NCBI GenBank assembly: GCA_027923505.1
Contig: BROI01000003.1
Coordinates: 1 to 64,000, forward strand
DNA: 64,000 bases
Reading direction: 5' to 3'
Source of the DNA: Mayamaea pseudoterrestris
Lineage: Eukaryota
Shown: positions 10,856 to 22,016 of the stretch, piece after piece
Numbering within the stretch: the stretch's first letter is position 1
How the letters are laid out: each line of letters starts with the position of its first letter
Position numbers and translations under genes: made by a program
Notes under the pieces: generated by a model
Told to the model about the DNA's origin: nothing
Database searches by the model: none
Seen by the model: the letters and a program-made list of their open reading frames with translations, nothing else

Positions 10856-12218
10856 ATGTCTACCTTTGGAAGTACCTTTGGAAGTGCCGCAACTCCTGCT
10901 CGCGGCATTGGACCCAACGACCACCTCGTGGCGAACGCTGGCACGGACGCGACATCCTCGCTCTCGTGGAGCCCCACGGCAAACCTGCTGGTCTCGTCCA
11001 GCTGGGATAACAGCGTGCGAGTCTGGGAAGTGCAGACGCAAAATGTGGCGCCAGGGCAGACGCAGGTATTGGCGACTGCAAAGGCGCTAGGTAAGATTTT
11101 AACGTCAATGTCATCTGCTTGCCGCTTGCCTGTAGCCTTGACAATTAATAATTGCTCATCGTTCATGTCATTTTCAGTCACTCATTTGAAGCCAGTGTTG
11201 GACACTTGCTTTAGCCCGGATGGAAGTACCGTCTTTAGTGCTGGCGCTGACAACGCTGCTCGCATGTACACGCTTGGCCAACAGCAAGGACTTGCGACGC
11301 AAATTGGAGCGCATGACGCTCCAATCAAGTGTATTGGCTTTTGCAAGAATTTGAATTTGCTTGTCACCGGAGGCTGGGATTGCAAGGTATGTGAGACGTG
11401 AATGTCTGTTTTGCAAGCGCAGGATGTCATCACATTCTGCATTGTAATGTCGACAGGCGCATGCCGTAATCATATTGTACTAAATAACTAATGCTCTCTT
11501 GTTCTTGTCTTTATGAAAGCTTAAATTCTGGGATTGTCGCTCGCAGACACCGGCTGGCCAGTTTGATTTGCCGGAACGAGTCTATGCCATGGATGTTCGC
11601 GAAAATAAAATTGTCGTTGCCACGGCGGGGCGCCATGTGGTCGCCTACGATACAACCAGCGGTGGACCGACGCAATTTTACCGAAAGGAGAGTCCTCTCA
11701 AGTATCAGACGCGTTGCATTACTTGCTTTCCAGACATGTCAGGCTTTGCGATTGGGAGTATCGAAGGGCGTGTGGGAATCCATTATTTCGACAAGGTTGG
11801 ACCGAATGGCAAGGATAGCTTTGCCTTCAAGTGCCATCGAGAGCAGACCAACACATACGCTGTCAATGCAATTGCTTTCCATGTAAGTCTGTTCGCTCAA
11901 GGTATGCATCGGTATCATCAGCATGGTACAATCGTTTCTCATTGCAGTGCCCTCTCTCAGCCCGTATATAAAACCTTTGTGACATGTGGCTCTGATGGTG
12001 TGATTAATTCTTGGGACAAGGACAACAAGCAACGACTCAAAGGGTTTCCTGCGCTTCAACACCCTATTACTGCGGCGGCGTTCAGCACTCAGGGTGACTT
12101 GTTTGCCTTTGCAAGCTGCTATGACTGGAGCAAGGGCAGCAGCCATGCTCAGACGGGCAATGATATTTTTATTCACCCGGTCAGTGAAGAGGAAGTCAAG
12201 CCTAAAAGTAAATCGTGA
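10856..12218 (+). CDS. RAE1: mRNA export factor Rae1/Gle2 (WD40); 4 exons
   Basis: Exons 10856-11090, 11178-11386, 11520-11882, 11961-12218. Motifs SSWDNSVRVWEV, ESPLKYQTRCI, GSIEGRV, FAFKCHR, WDKDNKQRLK, YDWSKG. Confidence 0.93.
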
Positions 12219-12557
12219 TGCTTGTGGCTGGTACTTTTGTCTAGATGCTTGATGTTGAATGCGCTGAACCGCAAAACATATTTAGCAACAAAACCGCAGC
12301 AATGAACAAAGCGCTTGTATGAGTTGTAAATTGTCATATGTGATTAATAGAATACAGTAGTTTAATTTTATGTGCAACATACTGCTGTTTTCGCCATCTG
12401 CATGATACTGCTTCAAGGTGGAATTTGCCTTCCTTTGAATCAATGCGACAAATGATTTTCATCCCAAGAACTTGTGCCTTTGGGAAGAGCAAGAACGAGA
12501 GCAATCAGGGAAGACAACTCCATAGATCATAATGTCCATCAAAATGCCACACAAACG

Positions 12558-12699
12558 CTGACGGTAGTTGTTGTCCACCACGTCATGTTCTTACAAGAGT
12601 TTGAGCAGTGTTTCAATATCATTTCGAAGCGCTTGGATTGCCAACTATAACTGCATCAGATTTGCGGCGTTTGGCTCCTTGTTTGCTTTGACGGCAAGG
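12558..12699 (-). pseudogene. Decayed paralogous fragment of the 3' part of the 9604-10554 pseudogene
   Basis: Aligns codon for codon with 9625-9766 (LAVKANKEPNAANLMQL*LAIQALRNDIETLLKLL*E). Stops at 12645-12647 and 12591-12593 correspond to CAG and CAA in the other copy. Confidence 0.7.
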
Positions 12700-12817
12700 T
12701 CAATCATCGCTCATCAAGACGACAGATGAAGATGCTTTCCAGCATACATGTGGAATAAGGCAAATTGCAGGGCGAACGACGACTTGTTGCTAGATGGGGT
12801 TTAAACTGCGTTATATG

Positions 12818-13246
12818 TTACGACTCGTCTATAGACTTTCCGCTCAATTCGTAATCAGCATCCAGCTTCATGGCTTTTAAGTGCACTTGAAACATGATTT
12901 CCTTGACATCATGTTCGTGTGTCTCAAAAACTTGCTCGGAATCATCCACCATGAGAAACGTTGCCATTGGCCGATCGGCCCGACTATGCACGTCCACATT
13001 GATCTTGAGGTTTGGATTGGCCTTGTAAAAGCGAGTGGCTTGCACTTGCCGTAGTAACTCTCGGGCTGATCTCGTTCGTGCATCAAATGCTGCAGCATGT
13101 GTATAATGAAACAAATGAGCGATAACGAACTCGTGACTGTCGCGAAAGCAAAATCAACGCAGGCACTCACGATTGAATGATATATCTATTTGTCTCAAAT
13201 ACTTGAAAAGGTGGGTAGAAACATCCTTTTGGAATTTAATCGGCAT
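12818..13246 (-). CDS. MRPL53: Mitochondrial ribosomal protein mL53 family; 2 exons
   Basis: Intron 13090-13170 (GTGAGT...GCAG). Spliced protein MPIKFQKDVSTHLFKYLRQIDISFNPFDARTRSARELL... carries the mL53/MRPL44-type FNPF...SAR.FL motif. Confidence 0.7.
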
Positions 13247-13354
13247 GGTGACGAAGATATAGCCACCAGAAATTGAGCGACAGCGGCAGATTTCTCATGG
13301 TGATCGCTTGCGTGCCGCGACGATTGATTCAGTAACGGTAAGACGCCATCAGAG

Positions 13355-13362
13355 TACCGGTA
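13355..13362. promoter_or_regulatory. TACCGGTA palindrome upstream of mL53
   Basis: Extended palindrome GTACCGGTAC, ~110 nt from the ATG. Confidence 0.6.
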
Positions 13363-13460
13363 CGATGCGCGTCACTCTTCTTGTTCGACTTTTCAACTAT
13401 CGCTGCATCGCGCATCGCATTTACTGTTGGTCATACTCTGCTGATCACAAAAGCACACAC

Positions 13461-14180
13461 ATGCACAAGCTCTTGTTGCTCATACCGTATTATTTAGGCT
13501 TTCCAGTAGCATGAGACAAGTCTGCCACGCTGGCTGGACTTCTTGTCTTTGTCAGCTTACTTGGCGTTTGCGCCCTGGCATGGACTTGGTGGTCGAAACG
13601 AGGCAACCTCAAAGTAAAGCGACTGGCGCTTATATTTGTGAAGAAGTATTACGCTGCTGCATAAGTAACGAGCATTGGTAGAACAATACACGGACAGTGA
13701 TCTGGAATTGGCTGAATATGTAAATGATCAAGCGCGAGCATTTATGATGGCCAGTATGTTTCATAAGTCGCAGAACGCACTTGCTTGCCTTTCGTCGCTT
13801 ACGTGGGCATCTGGTGACGACAAGTTTGAATCTAGTTTACTTCGCATGATCGTCGGACGCTTGGTCATGGCAAGGGGCTCCGGGTGCGATCCCCCAAACA
13901 GGAACAAGTTGGACAAGTACCCATTCATATTTCTTTCTGTGCTAAGTGTGCAGGGAAATGGCATTTTAAGACAGTCCGCGGCACTCTGAGCATCTTGCAC
14001 GCCAATATCTTGACCCAGATGCCGCGCGGTGGGCAATTTTCGCGGCGAGCATCGACCGGTCACCTCGACGGAACAACGTCTAATGACGCGCTTGATTTGT
14101 TAGTTCTCGGTTGGTTGCAACCGAGCCGCAGTATGGATGAAAAGCCAAATGCGACCTCCATTCTTGATAAGAAATTTTGA
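13461..14180 (+). pseudogene. Possible decayed gene remnant
   Basis: MHKLLLLIP..VA*DKSATLAGLLVFVSLLGVCALAWTWW (in-frame TGA before a TM helix), continuing as successive offset ORFs 13675-13989 and 13884-14180. Confidence 0.3.
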
Positions 14181-14246
14181 TTGATATAGTAAAGAAAATG
14201 GTATCGAGTTGACAAGCGACGGCAAGAGTAGTCTCATACAAATACA

Positions 14247-16418
14247 TCAATTCGTTGCCCACATGGCCAGGCCGACAAATGCAGCGGCCCACAGGCACAG
14301 CTCGGCAGTGAACATCTTGCGTCGCATTTCCTTGTCGCACTCGAGCCGCTGGTAAATGGTCAGCTTTTCTGTGATTGTGTAAGGTCGACGTGGATTATCG
14401 TGGAAGCTTTCCGGTGTATCAGTCGCAAGTTGCTTGTTTGCATCTTGCTCGTCCATGCGAATCGTCTTGACTTCTAAATATAGAAAGCCCCAAAAGGTTC
14501 TTCGTAAGATTTCAGCCACGGGCAGCAAGACTCCAACGTAGCTATTCGTGTCTGAAGAGAATGTAGTGATATGATGCCTTCCCGATGGTGAAAGGTGGTA
14601 CGCAGGAATGAAGCAGAGCATCCACGTCAATCTGAAGACGATATTGTAGGCCAAGATACCCCAGTAAAATGAGTCACTTTTGTACAGTCGCTTCGGTCGT
14701 AGCTTGATCTGCTTCAGACTTGGTATCCTTCGACAAACGAAACGACAGACACGTGACACCATCTCGCAGATTGGTTGAAAGTAATATTGCTGACAAAGCA
14801 GTAACAGTCGATTGTTCGGGTTGACTGAGGAAATGGTTGCACAATATCCACTTGTGCTCGAACTCGCGCTGCTGGCATTATCCAGCCCATCCTCTTTCGG
14901 TACCAAGACAAGCAGTTCCCAATCCACAACAACATCCCACCATATCTGGTACAAGACGCAGAAAGCGAACGACGCAATCCACACAGGTCCGCGACGGTTC
15001 TCCGAATGTACCATGCCGTACATGATGACACACGCCGCCGTCAAATACTTGAAGGCATTCCCCAAGTACGGCCATCGCTTCCCGTGATCATAAGCCTCTC
15101 GCAGCGTCTGCAAAAACTTGAACCAAAGTGGCAGCAACGCACAAGATGGCAAAATCACATTGTGCAGAATCCAGCTGCTCTCCAGAATCCTGCCCGAAGT
15201 ATTCAAACCATACTGTCCCGAAACTGTACCCGCAATAACAGTCACATAGTAGCTCAATGCAAACAAAACATCTTGTCCCGGCCTCACCAAACTCGTCAAC
15301 ACGTCACCCAGAAACAAGTCACGAAACAAACTCTTGGAAAAGGGCGCCATGAAAACAAACTTGATGGTGCTCCAAAACCGCGCCCGTCGACCCACTGGAA
15401 AAAAGGCTCGCACAATCAAGACGGACAGAAAAATGAGTGGCAAAATCTTGGCCGGCGTCGAGTCGCCCATGTGATTAAAGGCTTCAATGAACAAGTGAAA
15501 GTTGAACAGTATAGGCATGCACAAGTCGAGAGCCGCGCCCACCACCGATGGACCCGATGGAGCGTAGGTGGCGTTGGACGTTGACGATGACGCGTTCCGA
15601 AAGAAAAAAAAGGCACCAAGGCGCGTAATGCGGTACTCGCTGGGCCGCGGCATGCTGTGCGCCAAGCTCAACGCCAGTGGATTGGACGCGGCAGCGATGC
15701 GTGACTGTAACCTTGATGATGGAGGTGATGCTGCATGACTTCCACCATCAGTTGACGGCACTAGTGCAATGCGTTCGCTGCGAACGTCATCATGGTCTTG
15801 CTGTTCGTCGTCGTCATCATCGTCATCCTCGTCCCAAGTGTCGGCAAACTCTCGAATGCTTGACAAGGAATTGTTTTCGTCGTCGTCACCGTCGTTACTT
15901 GATCCTCGTGCTCGTCGAGATACTTTTGGGTTGTTATTGTTATGACTGACGATAGTATTGGACTGATTAGTTTGTGCGCCAGTCGGTTGATTGAGAGACC
16001 CGACTGCTACTGCGCCCGAAGCTTGCGCGAGTAGCGACGGTGCACTATTATTGCGAGCCAGCGGACTCCTTGTGAAACCAGCCGCGGCATCGCCCTCCTG
16101 ATTGTCATCATGTTCGCCACTAACACTCCGACTTGTCGTCGTCGTTTCCTCCGCATGTTGCGTTCCCGGCAGAAAGAGCAACTCGTCGCAGGCCACTCCG
16201 TTCCGCCGCCAAGTACGCAGCGAGTAGGCCACCATGATGAGTGTAAAGGCCAAAAGCGCGGGTCCTCGATAGACGCGAAGGGAGGATGGATCGCGCGTTT
16301 TTGTTTTCAAATCGTAGGCCAAGACGCAGCCGAGAATGATGAGGAGTGTCGCCTTGGGCTTCAAGACTTGCTCCGAAACGACAAAGGAGCCGACTGCGGC
16401 CAATACTGAAATGTCCAT
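14247..16418 (-). CDS. EXS-domain (ERD1/XPR1/SYG1/PHO1 family) membrane protein without SPX domain
   Basis: FRDLFLGDVLTSLVRP, LLPLWFKFLQTLR, WPYLGNAFKY, YQIWWDVVVDWEL, EILRRTFWGFLYLE; multiple TM helices. Confidence 0.9.
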   Translation of the reverse strand: MDISVLAAVGSFVVSEQVLKPKATLLIILGCVLAYDLKTKTRDPSSLRVYRGPALLAFTLIMVAYSLRTWRRNGVACDELLFLPGTQHAEETTTTSRSVSGEHDDNQEGDAAAGFTRSPLARNNSAPSLLAQASGAVAVGSLNQPTGAQTNQSNTIVSHNNNNPKVSRRARGSSNDGDDDENNSLSSIREFADTWDEDDDDDDDEQQDHDDVRSERIALVPSTDGGSHAASPPSSRLQSRIAAASNPLALSLAHSMPRPSEYRITRLGAFFFFRNASSSTSNATYAPSGPSVVGAALDLCMPILFNFHLFIEAFNHMGDSTPAKILPLIFLSVLIVRAFFPVGRRARFWSTIKFVFMAPFSKSLFRDLFLGDVLTSLVRPGQDVLFALSYYVTVIAGTVSGQYGLNTSGRILESSWILHNVILPSCALLPLWFKFLQTLREAYDHGKRWPYLGNAFKYLTAACVIMYGMVHSENRRGPVWIASFAFCVLYQIWWDVVVDWELLVLVPKEDGLDNASSASSSTSGYCATISSVNPNNRLLLLCQQYYFQPICEMVSRVCRFVCRRIPSLKQIKLRPKRLYKSDSFYWGILAYNIVFRLTWMLCFIPAYHLSPSGRHHITTFSSDTNSYVGVLLPVAEILRRTFWGFLYLEVKTIRMDEQDANKQLATDTPESFHDNPRRPYTITEKLTIYQRLECDKEMRRKMFTAELCLWAAAFVGLAMWATN

Positions 16419-16419
16419 T

Positions 16420-16464
16420 GCTAATGCTGCTGCTACTGCTGCTGCTACTGCTGCTGCTGCTGCT
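16420..16464. repeat. Imperfect (GCT)n trinucleotide microsatellite immediately 5' of the EXS gene ATG
   Basis: gctaatgctgctgctactgctgctgctactgctgctgctgctgct seen directly. Confidence 0.9.
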
Positions 16465-16798
16465 TCGATACTGATAGTGGACTATTTACTAGCTTTCATG
16501 TAATTGTCAAGCAATTGCAGCCTTCTTTAATTGCATCCGGTCTCTGCGTGACCAGAAAGAACATCGCTGCGGCACTCTCGGGTCACTTGCTCTTTAGCGA
16601 TAGAAAAAGGCAGTAGCGACGTTACAACGTTTGGTTTACGAACGCCTGTGAGTGGGTGACTGACGTTTCAAGGTTTGCGCTGCCATGACCTTCATTGCTT
16701 TGACTCATCCATTGCGGCAATCGGCATACGAGTAGCAGTAGTCAAGTCTATCACTCTTTCCATAGCATCAATCACACTACTATATAATCAATACAGCC

Positions 16799-17336
16799 AT
16801 GAACAAGTTGATCAAGTCAATCGTTACACTCGTTTGCCTCTGTTTTCTGCCAACAATTAGTGCCTTTTCACCATCGCCAATCGCAGGACGCTCAAACACC
16901 GCTCTGAACGTATTCGGCAACAAGAAGCAGTCACCAGCCAAAGCAGAAGCGGCTGGAGACTATTGGAAGGGCGAGGTATGTGACGAAAACCTCAGAGTGA
17001 GCGCGCGCGTCATTTCCTTTTTATGTCGAGGATGATGGTCATACTTTTTGTCATTTACATTCAATTTGGCTCACACTACGTTCATTTTCTTAGTGGGTAT
17101 GCAAGGACTGCGGCTACATTTACCAACGAGGCGAATGCGCCGGTCTCTACTTTGAGGAGCAAGGTCCAGGCTTTCGCTGTCCGCAATGTTCCGGTCCGCG
17201 TCGTCGGTACGCCAAAAAGGTGGGCGATGTGGTTGGAACGACGCTAGATGGAGGCGATGCTCCCATTTTGCTGTTTTCCTTTGGAGGAGTCATTGCTACC
17301 ATTGCTTTTGGTATTTGGGCAGTGAACAATCTGTAA
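16799..17336 (+). CDS. Plastid-targeted rubredoxin-like protein with C-terminal membrane anchor; 2 exons
   Basis: Signal peptide ending ISA-F (diatom ASAFAP-type); intron 16976-17093. Exon 2 reads WVCKDCGYIY...FRCPQC...R.RY, then a TM helix and stop. Exon 2 is absent from the ORF track. Confidence 0.85.
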
Positions 17337-17797
17337 ATGAATATTACCAAGTGAACTTGTGCGATGATGCGATGATTCTTTATGAACGAGCGCCACCATG
17401 TTCAAGTCAACCATTTAGAACATGATAAAAAGCTAGTAAGTCGATACTTTTGCTGCTATTATTACTCAAGAATGTTGTGTACTGTACACTGTAGGAATAA
17501 ATGCCCGAGCTACGCGAAACGTCCACCATGTGGCATGCCTTTTTGCACCTCCTCCGCCATTTTATCCTTATCCGATGCAGTTGACCGTAGTTCCAAAGCA
17601 TCTTGCGAAGGTGATGTACTCTTTTTCGCGTCCTTGTAATCACAGTAGGGTGGATGGGGCATATAGCATCAAAGGCTAACAAGGTTTGACAATAACCGCT
17701 TACGAAACGGCATGCCAGTATGTCAGGAGTTAAACGTTTTCATTTATTGCAAGCTAGATAGTAATATACAATTGCCACTACTATAGGATATTCCTTG

Positions 17798-18472
17798 TTA
17801 AACATGATGCTGACGGCGAGGGCAGCAGCTCTCGTGACAATAATCGTCATCACCCGAGTTACGCGACATTTGCACAACCGTGCAGCAGGGAAGCCAGACG
17901 GAGCAGCAACAGTCGTCAAGGGTCCTATCGTAGTCTTGATGCTTGCGGCGAACGTGGGCGCGGGTGCGGATCATCAAAAATATCACGTACAAGCCGAAGA
18001 ATCGGTTCGTCAGGTACTGAACTGACCAAATGAAGCGGATAGTCGGATCAACATCATTGGCGTTAATGGAGTTGATTGCAAGCTTGCCTGTGCTTGCATT
18101 GATGACAAAGTTTACAATGCCCAATGTCGCCGCCAAAATCAAGAGTACTTTATAGGCGCTCCAGTGAAGGTTTCGACTTGTTTGAACGCCGAAAGGATCC
18201 AACTGGTTGCGCGTCATCACCCAGCCAAGCGCAATCGGACTGCAAAAGAAGGAAAACCAAAACATTCGATAGCAGCAGCAGCCGCTATTCGGACCCGCGC
18301 AACAGTCGCAAACTCCGTAACGCCGCTGACCAGGTGAAATCAAGATCACGGCTCCATCATGATCTCCACCTTGATCAGTAAACAGTCCATCGCTTTCCTC
18401 CATCACAGTGCCTTGCTCAATGCTAGTAGCGACATCATCCGCATACTTACCACTCTTTCCAATCTCCATCAT
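17798..18472 (-). CDS. PLAC8-family cysteine-rich membrane protein
   Basis: YGVCDCC, FFCSPIALGWVMTR, RTRAHVRRKH, DDCCCSVWLPCCTVVQMSR. Start uncertain. Confidence 0.8.
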   Translation of the reverse strand: MMEIGKSGKYADDVATSIEQGTVMEESDGLFTDQGGDHDGAVILISPGQRRYGVCDCCAGPNSGCCCYRMFWFSFFCSPIALGWVMTRNQLDPFGVQTSRNLHWSAYKVLLILAATLGIVNFVINASTGKLAINSINANDVDPTIRFIWSVQYLTNRFFGLYVIFLMIRTRAHVRRKHQDYDRTLDDCCCSVWLPCCTVVQMSRNSGDDDYCHESCCPRRQHHV

Positions 18473-19661
18473 GCAAATATATCCTCGATTCCTGCTGTAT
18501 GCTTGACTGTATTGAGCAACGCGGATTGTGACGGCATCAAATCGCACGGTCGAGAGGACTCGATGGAAAAGATCCATTTCAGCAGGGGTGTCAGAATTTC
18601 GATCGTGTGAAAGTGCACAATGACGAACGAACTGTTCCTCGTTGTTCCCGGGGAGTAATTTGAGTATGAATTTGCCGACAATACATGCATCATAGTATCT
18701 GCTTCTATGATAAAGAAGAGATGCATTGTGCAATATCGATATGGAGTCTCGTAGCGTTCATCTAGAATGCGTGTATCTGCGCTCGCAAAGTCGCGATTGT
18801 TATTATACGTCACTCCTGCGCAATGGGCTGGGAGCTGCGAGATTCATTTTGCCATTGATATATTATGCTAGGCAATTTTTTTTCTGACGCTGTCGAAGGC
18901 CTGTTGCTTGCCTTTACAGTTAATCTCGTTTAAAGCGCTCTGTCTCGGTGATTGTGCCAATTACCATGCTTTGAATATACATGAACTTGATGCATGGCGA
19001 GGCCAGCGGTCTTGACTGACTTTGGTCCGTCGCTATTGGTGGCCGACTAAACTGCGTTTCACAGAAGGCGATGAATCAAGCAATGGGCGAATGCATACAA
19101 AAGTAGGACTCGAAGCTTGTTTACTTCACAGATTGCAGAGTCCGCATCGACACTGGAAGGAAAAAGAAAACTAATATTGCATCGTTGATACTTTACCTCT
19201 AGAAATGTGCCCTATCATTTAACTCTCCCTCAACTTTAAGGCGTCGCCTTTACGATTGGAAATAGTTGTGATTATTGTACGCGGACTTGGATGGGCAGAT
19301 GATGATACCTCGCTTGTATCGAGCTGAGCGGTTACAGCGCCACATGGTGATGAAGCAAATACAAGAGATTCGAGATGATTCTTTGTCTTCTCGTCTCCGG
19401 GAACCCAGCGCTGTGTATTCCCGGCGACAAGAAAGCGCGACAGCGGAAGCAACGCAAGATACGTGGGCACTGCCTTAAGCGGGTATAATAAACGACACCT
19501 TGGCGGCGAATTTCATGCCCCTTCACAAAGTCACACATCAAGTACTACTACACTTCGTTGTCCGCACGATGATTATAAAATGTAAATGCTCTACCTAATT
19601 ATGCATACCAGTCCTCATGTATGTAATTTCACAAGTAGCTATTGTGCAGAGCACGAAGTGG

Positions 19662-19940
19662 CTAGGAACCCCATCGATCTGCCTCGTCCATATCCGGCGC
19701 AGGCTCGTTCAATTTTTTTGTGATTCGGCGTATAAGTCCACTTGGCCGCGCTGGTTCTTCGCCCTTTCCTTCGCCCTTTTCATCGGGCGCAGCGCTCAGC
19801 TCCTTTAATTCGTTATGCTCGACGAGAAGCGTACCAACTGCCTCAAGTTTCTTCTCCGCAGTCTTGGCAGACAACTCCAGCATGTCCTCCTGATGCACTA
19901 GGAGGGTGCCGACACACTCGTCACGTTTCGTATTGGGCAT
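19662..19940 (-). CDS. Small hypothetical protein with duplicated VGTLLV..ELSA motif
   Basis: 92-aa ORF with an internal repeat (VGTLLVHQEDMLELSA / VGTLLVEHNELKELSA) conserved at the protein level. Confidence 0.45.
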   Translation of the reverse strand: MPNTKRDECVGTLLVHQEDMLELSAKTAEKKLEAVGTLLVEHNELKELSAAPDEKGEGKGEEPARPSGLIRRITKKLNEPAPDMDEADRWGS

Positions 19941-20299
19941 GGTATCGTGTCGATGCAGAAAAGGTGTGTGAAAGTGAGAGGGATGAGCAGGATCTTTGGG
20001 TCGTGTCGCCATACGCGACGCGAAGTGTTAGACGCGCCTTGTTCCATGGAAGTCTCGCGCGGAAGAAGCCTGTTTGTTGCGGTCCGACACAGCATTTGTT
20101 CGGGAACATTTACTATTACTAATTCGACAACTCCAGGCGGTAATTTTGAGTGATTAAAGCATTCAGCATTTGGCATTAATACTAGGTAGTAGCAAAGCCT
20201 CGATCTACTATCGCAGTTCGCTGAGGCACACCCGCGGTCGAGATTCACATCAAAGCATATGCAAGCGACATTCTCATTTTATTTACATGCAGACGACTA

Positions 20300-21748
20300 T
20301 CATCGTTTGCTCTTCGATGCTGCCGCAACAATCACCGGCAAGCCATGCTGCAGCCAATTCTCGTGCCACCGCGGTCGGTCCTCGAGTATGGCTCGTCGGT
20401 ACGTTTCCAGTTTCTCGGCGCCGCCTTGCAACACCAGCAGTTCCATGAGCTGCTGCGACAACTCACTCGCCGTTTCAAACACTCTGCCATGCACATTATC
20501 CATTAGTAGTTCCGACAAGCATTGAAAGTGCTTGGCCAGCACGGGAACGCCGCAACCAAAGCAGTCTTGAATCTTAATGGGCAAGTCAATGCCACTCGTC
20601 GACGTGTGGAGCGACAAACCAAGGTCGCTGCAGGCGACAAGCTTGGGATAGTCACTGGCGGTAAGCCAAATGGTTTGTATGCAAATATGACGGAGTGGTG
20701 GAGATAATTGGGAAATGACTCTTTCGTAGTGGTCGCGGAGTGGTCCCTTGCCAGTGATCAAGACGAGAATTTTGACGTTCTCGTCGCCGCTGCTGCCACT
20801 TGCTTCAATCTTAGCGCAGACATCTCCATCCAGTGTGACTAATGCTTGCAGCAGCAAGTCAAAGTCTTCGTCTGGCGTCCAGGAAGTGGACGAAACAAGC
20901 AGCCATGGTCGGTTCGGTCGATGCACAATGTCATGTTCATCCACCGCCTCGGTCAGTAGTGTTTGATACGCCGCATCAATGCCAGTCATCCACGCTTTCG
21001 GACACGCGTTGATCAATTGCGAATGCAGCGTTTGCAGAAACAAATGCTGCTCGCGCAAATCCAGTGGCTCAAAGGTTGGACAATCATACAGTACACTTGC
21101 TTGCTGAATCTGCATTTCCTGTTGCAGAAACCGTTGCATGGCCCGCGTCACACAAAAATGTGCGTTCGCAAACTTGGCCAAGTACCGTTCATACTGCTTG
21201 GTGACGCTGCGGGCCAGTCGGGTGGTGCGACTGGAGCTACCGGCGTCCAGCATGCTGTAGCCAACATTGTGCCAGTCCACGACTAGTCCAGGTTGCGTGC
21301 GTGACAGTTTGCAGTATAGTAGTGAAATTAGTAGCAGTGGAATGGCGGGAGGATTTTGAATCAAAACAACTTGTGGACTCGATACTTGAACGAATAACGT
21401 GTAGAGCAAGCAGACACTGAGCGAAAGGATTCGCCAACAAAAGTAGAGGGGCAAAAAACCTCGCTTCTGGAGAAACCGAGCCTCGGGTATGGACAAGCGA
21501 ATGACTGTTAATTGCTGCTGATGCTCATGCTCATCTTGTTCATTATTAGTCTTGTCGTTTCGGTTATCATCGTTATGATCACTGCTAGTATATAGATTCA
21601 TGAGTTCCTCGCCAACGTAGCCAATGAGCGTGACGCGGTGGTGTTGGCGCAGCAGACTCTGCGTGTGGTACAGCATGCGGGGCGACCGGCCCAAGTCGCC
21701 CAGCACAATCAAGACTACATGTAGCTGCTGCTGTCGCTCACAAGTCAT
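20300..21748 (-). CDS. ALG1: Chitobiosyldiphosphodolichol beta-mannosyltransferase
   Basis: VLGDLGRSPRMLYH, QNPPAIP, VDWHN.GYS, VSSTSWTPDEDF, ITGKGP, LHTSTSGIDLPIKI. Confidence 0.94.
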   Translation of the reverse strand: MTCERQQQLHVVLIVLGDLGRSPRMLYHTQSLLRQHHRVTLIGYVGEELMNLYTSSDHNDDNRNDKTNNEQDEHEHQQQLTVIRLSIPEARFLQKRGFLPLYFCWRILSLSVCLLYTLFVQVSSPQVVLIQNPPAIPLLLISLLYCKLSRTQPGLVVDWHNVGYSMLDAGSSSRTTRLARSVTKQYERYLAKFANAHFCVTRAMQRFLQQEMQIQQASVLYDCPTFEPLDLREQHLFLQTLHSQLINACPKAWMTGIDAAYQTLLTEAVDEHDIVHRPNRPWLLVSSTSWTPDEDFDLLLQALVTLDGDVCAKIEASGSSGDENVKILVLITGKGPLRDHYERVISQLSPPLRHICIQTIWLTASDYPKLVACSDLGLSLHTSTSGIDLPIKIQDCFGCGVPVLAKHFQCLSELLMDNVHGRVFETASELSQQLMELLVLQGGAEKLETYRRAILEDRPRWHENWLQHGLPVIVAAASKSKR

Positions 21749-22016
21749 GATTGCAAAATATGTTGATCTGCGCAAAAAAGATGAATGAGGTTTTTTCGTG
21801 GTCGTGATGATGGTCAAGCGCAATCTTATTTGTCTTAGCGTTAATGCCCATGAAAGGCGTCGGAACGGTACTCGAGCCGTGGACGCGGTGCGCGGCGACG
21901 ACCACATCCACAAACAAAGACGTGTTGCTGCAAGGAAACAAAGAGAAAAAGGAACAACAAGAACGACATTACGAAAGCGTTAGAAGCCTGAAAGCCTAGT
22001 TTCAGTCAATTTCACC

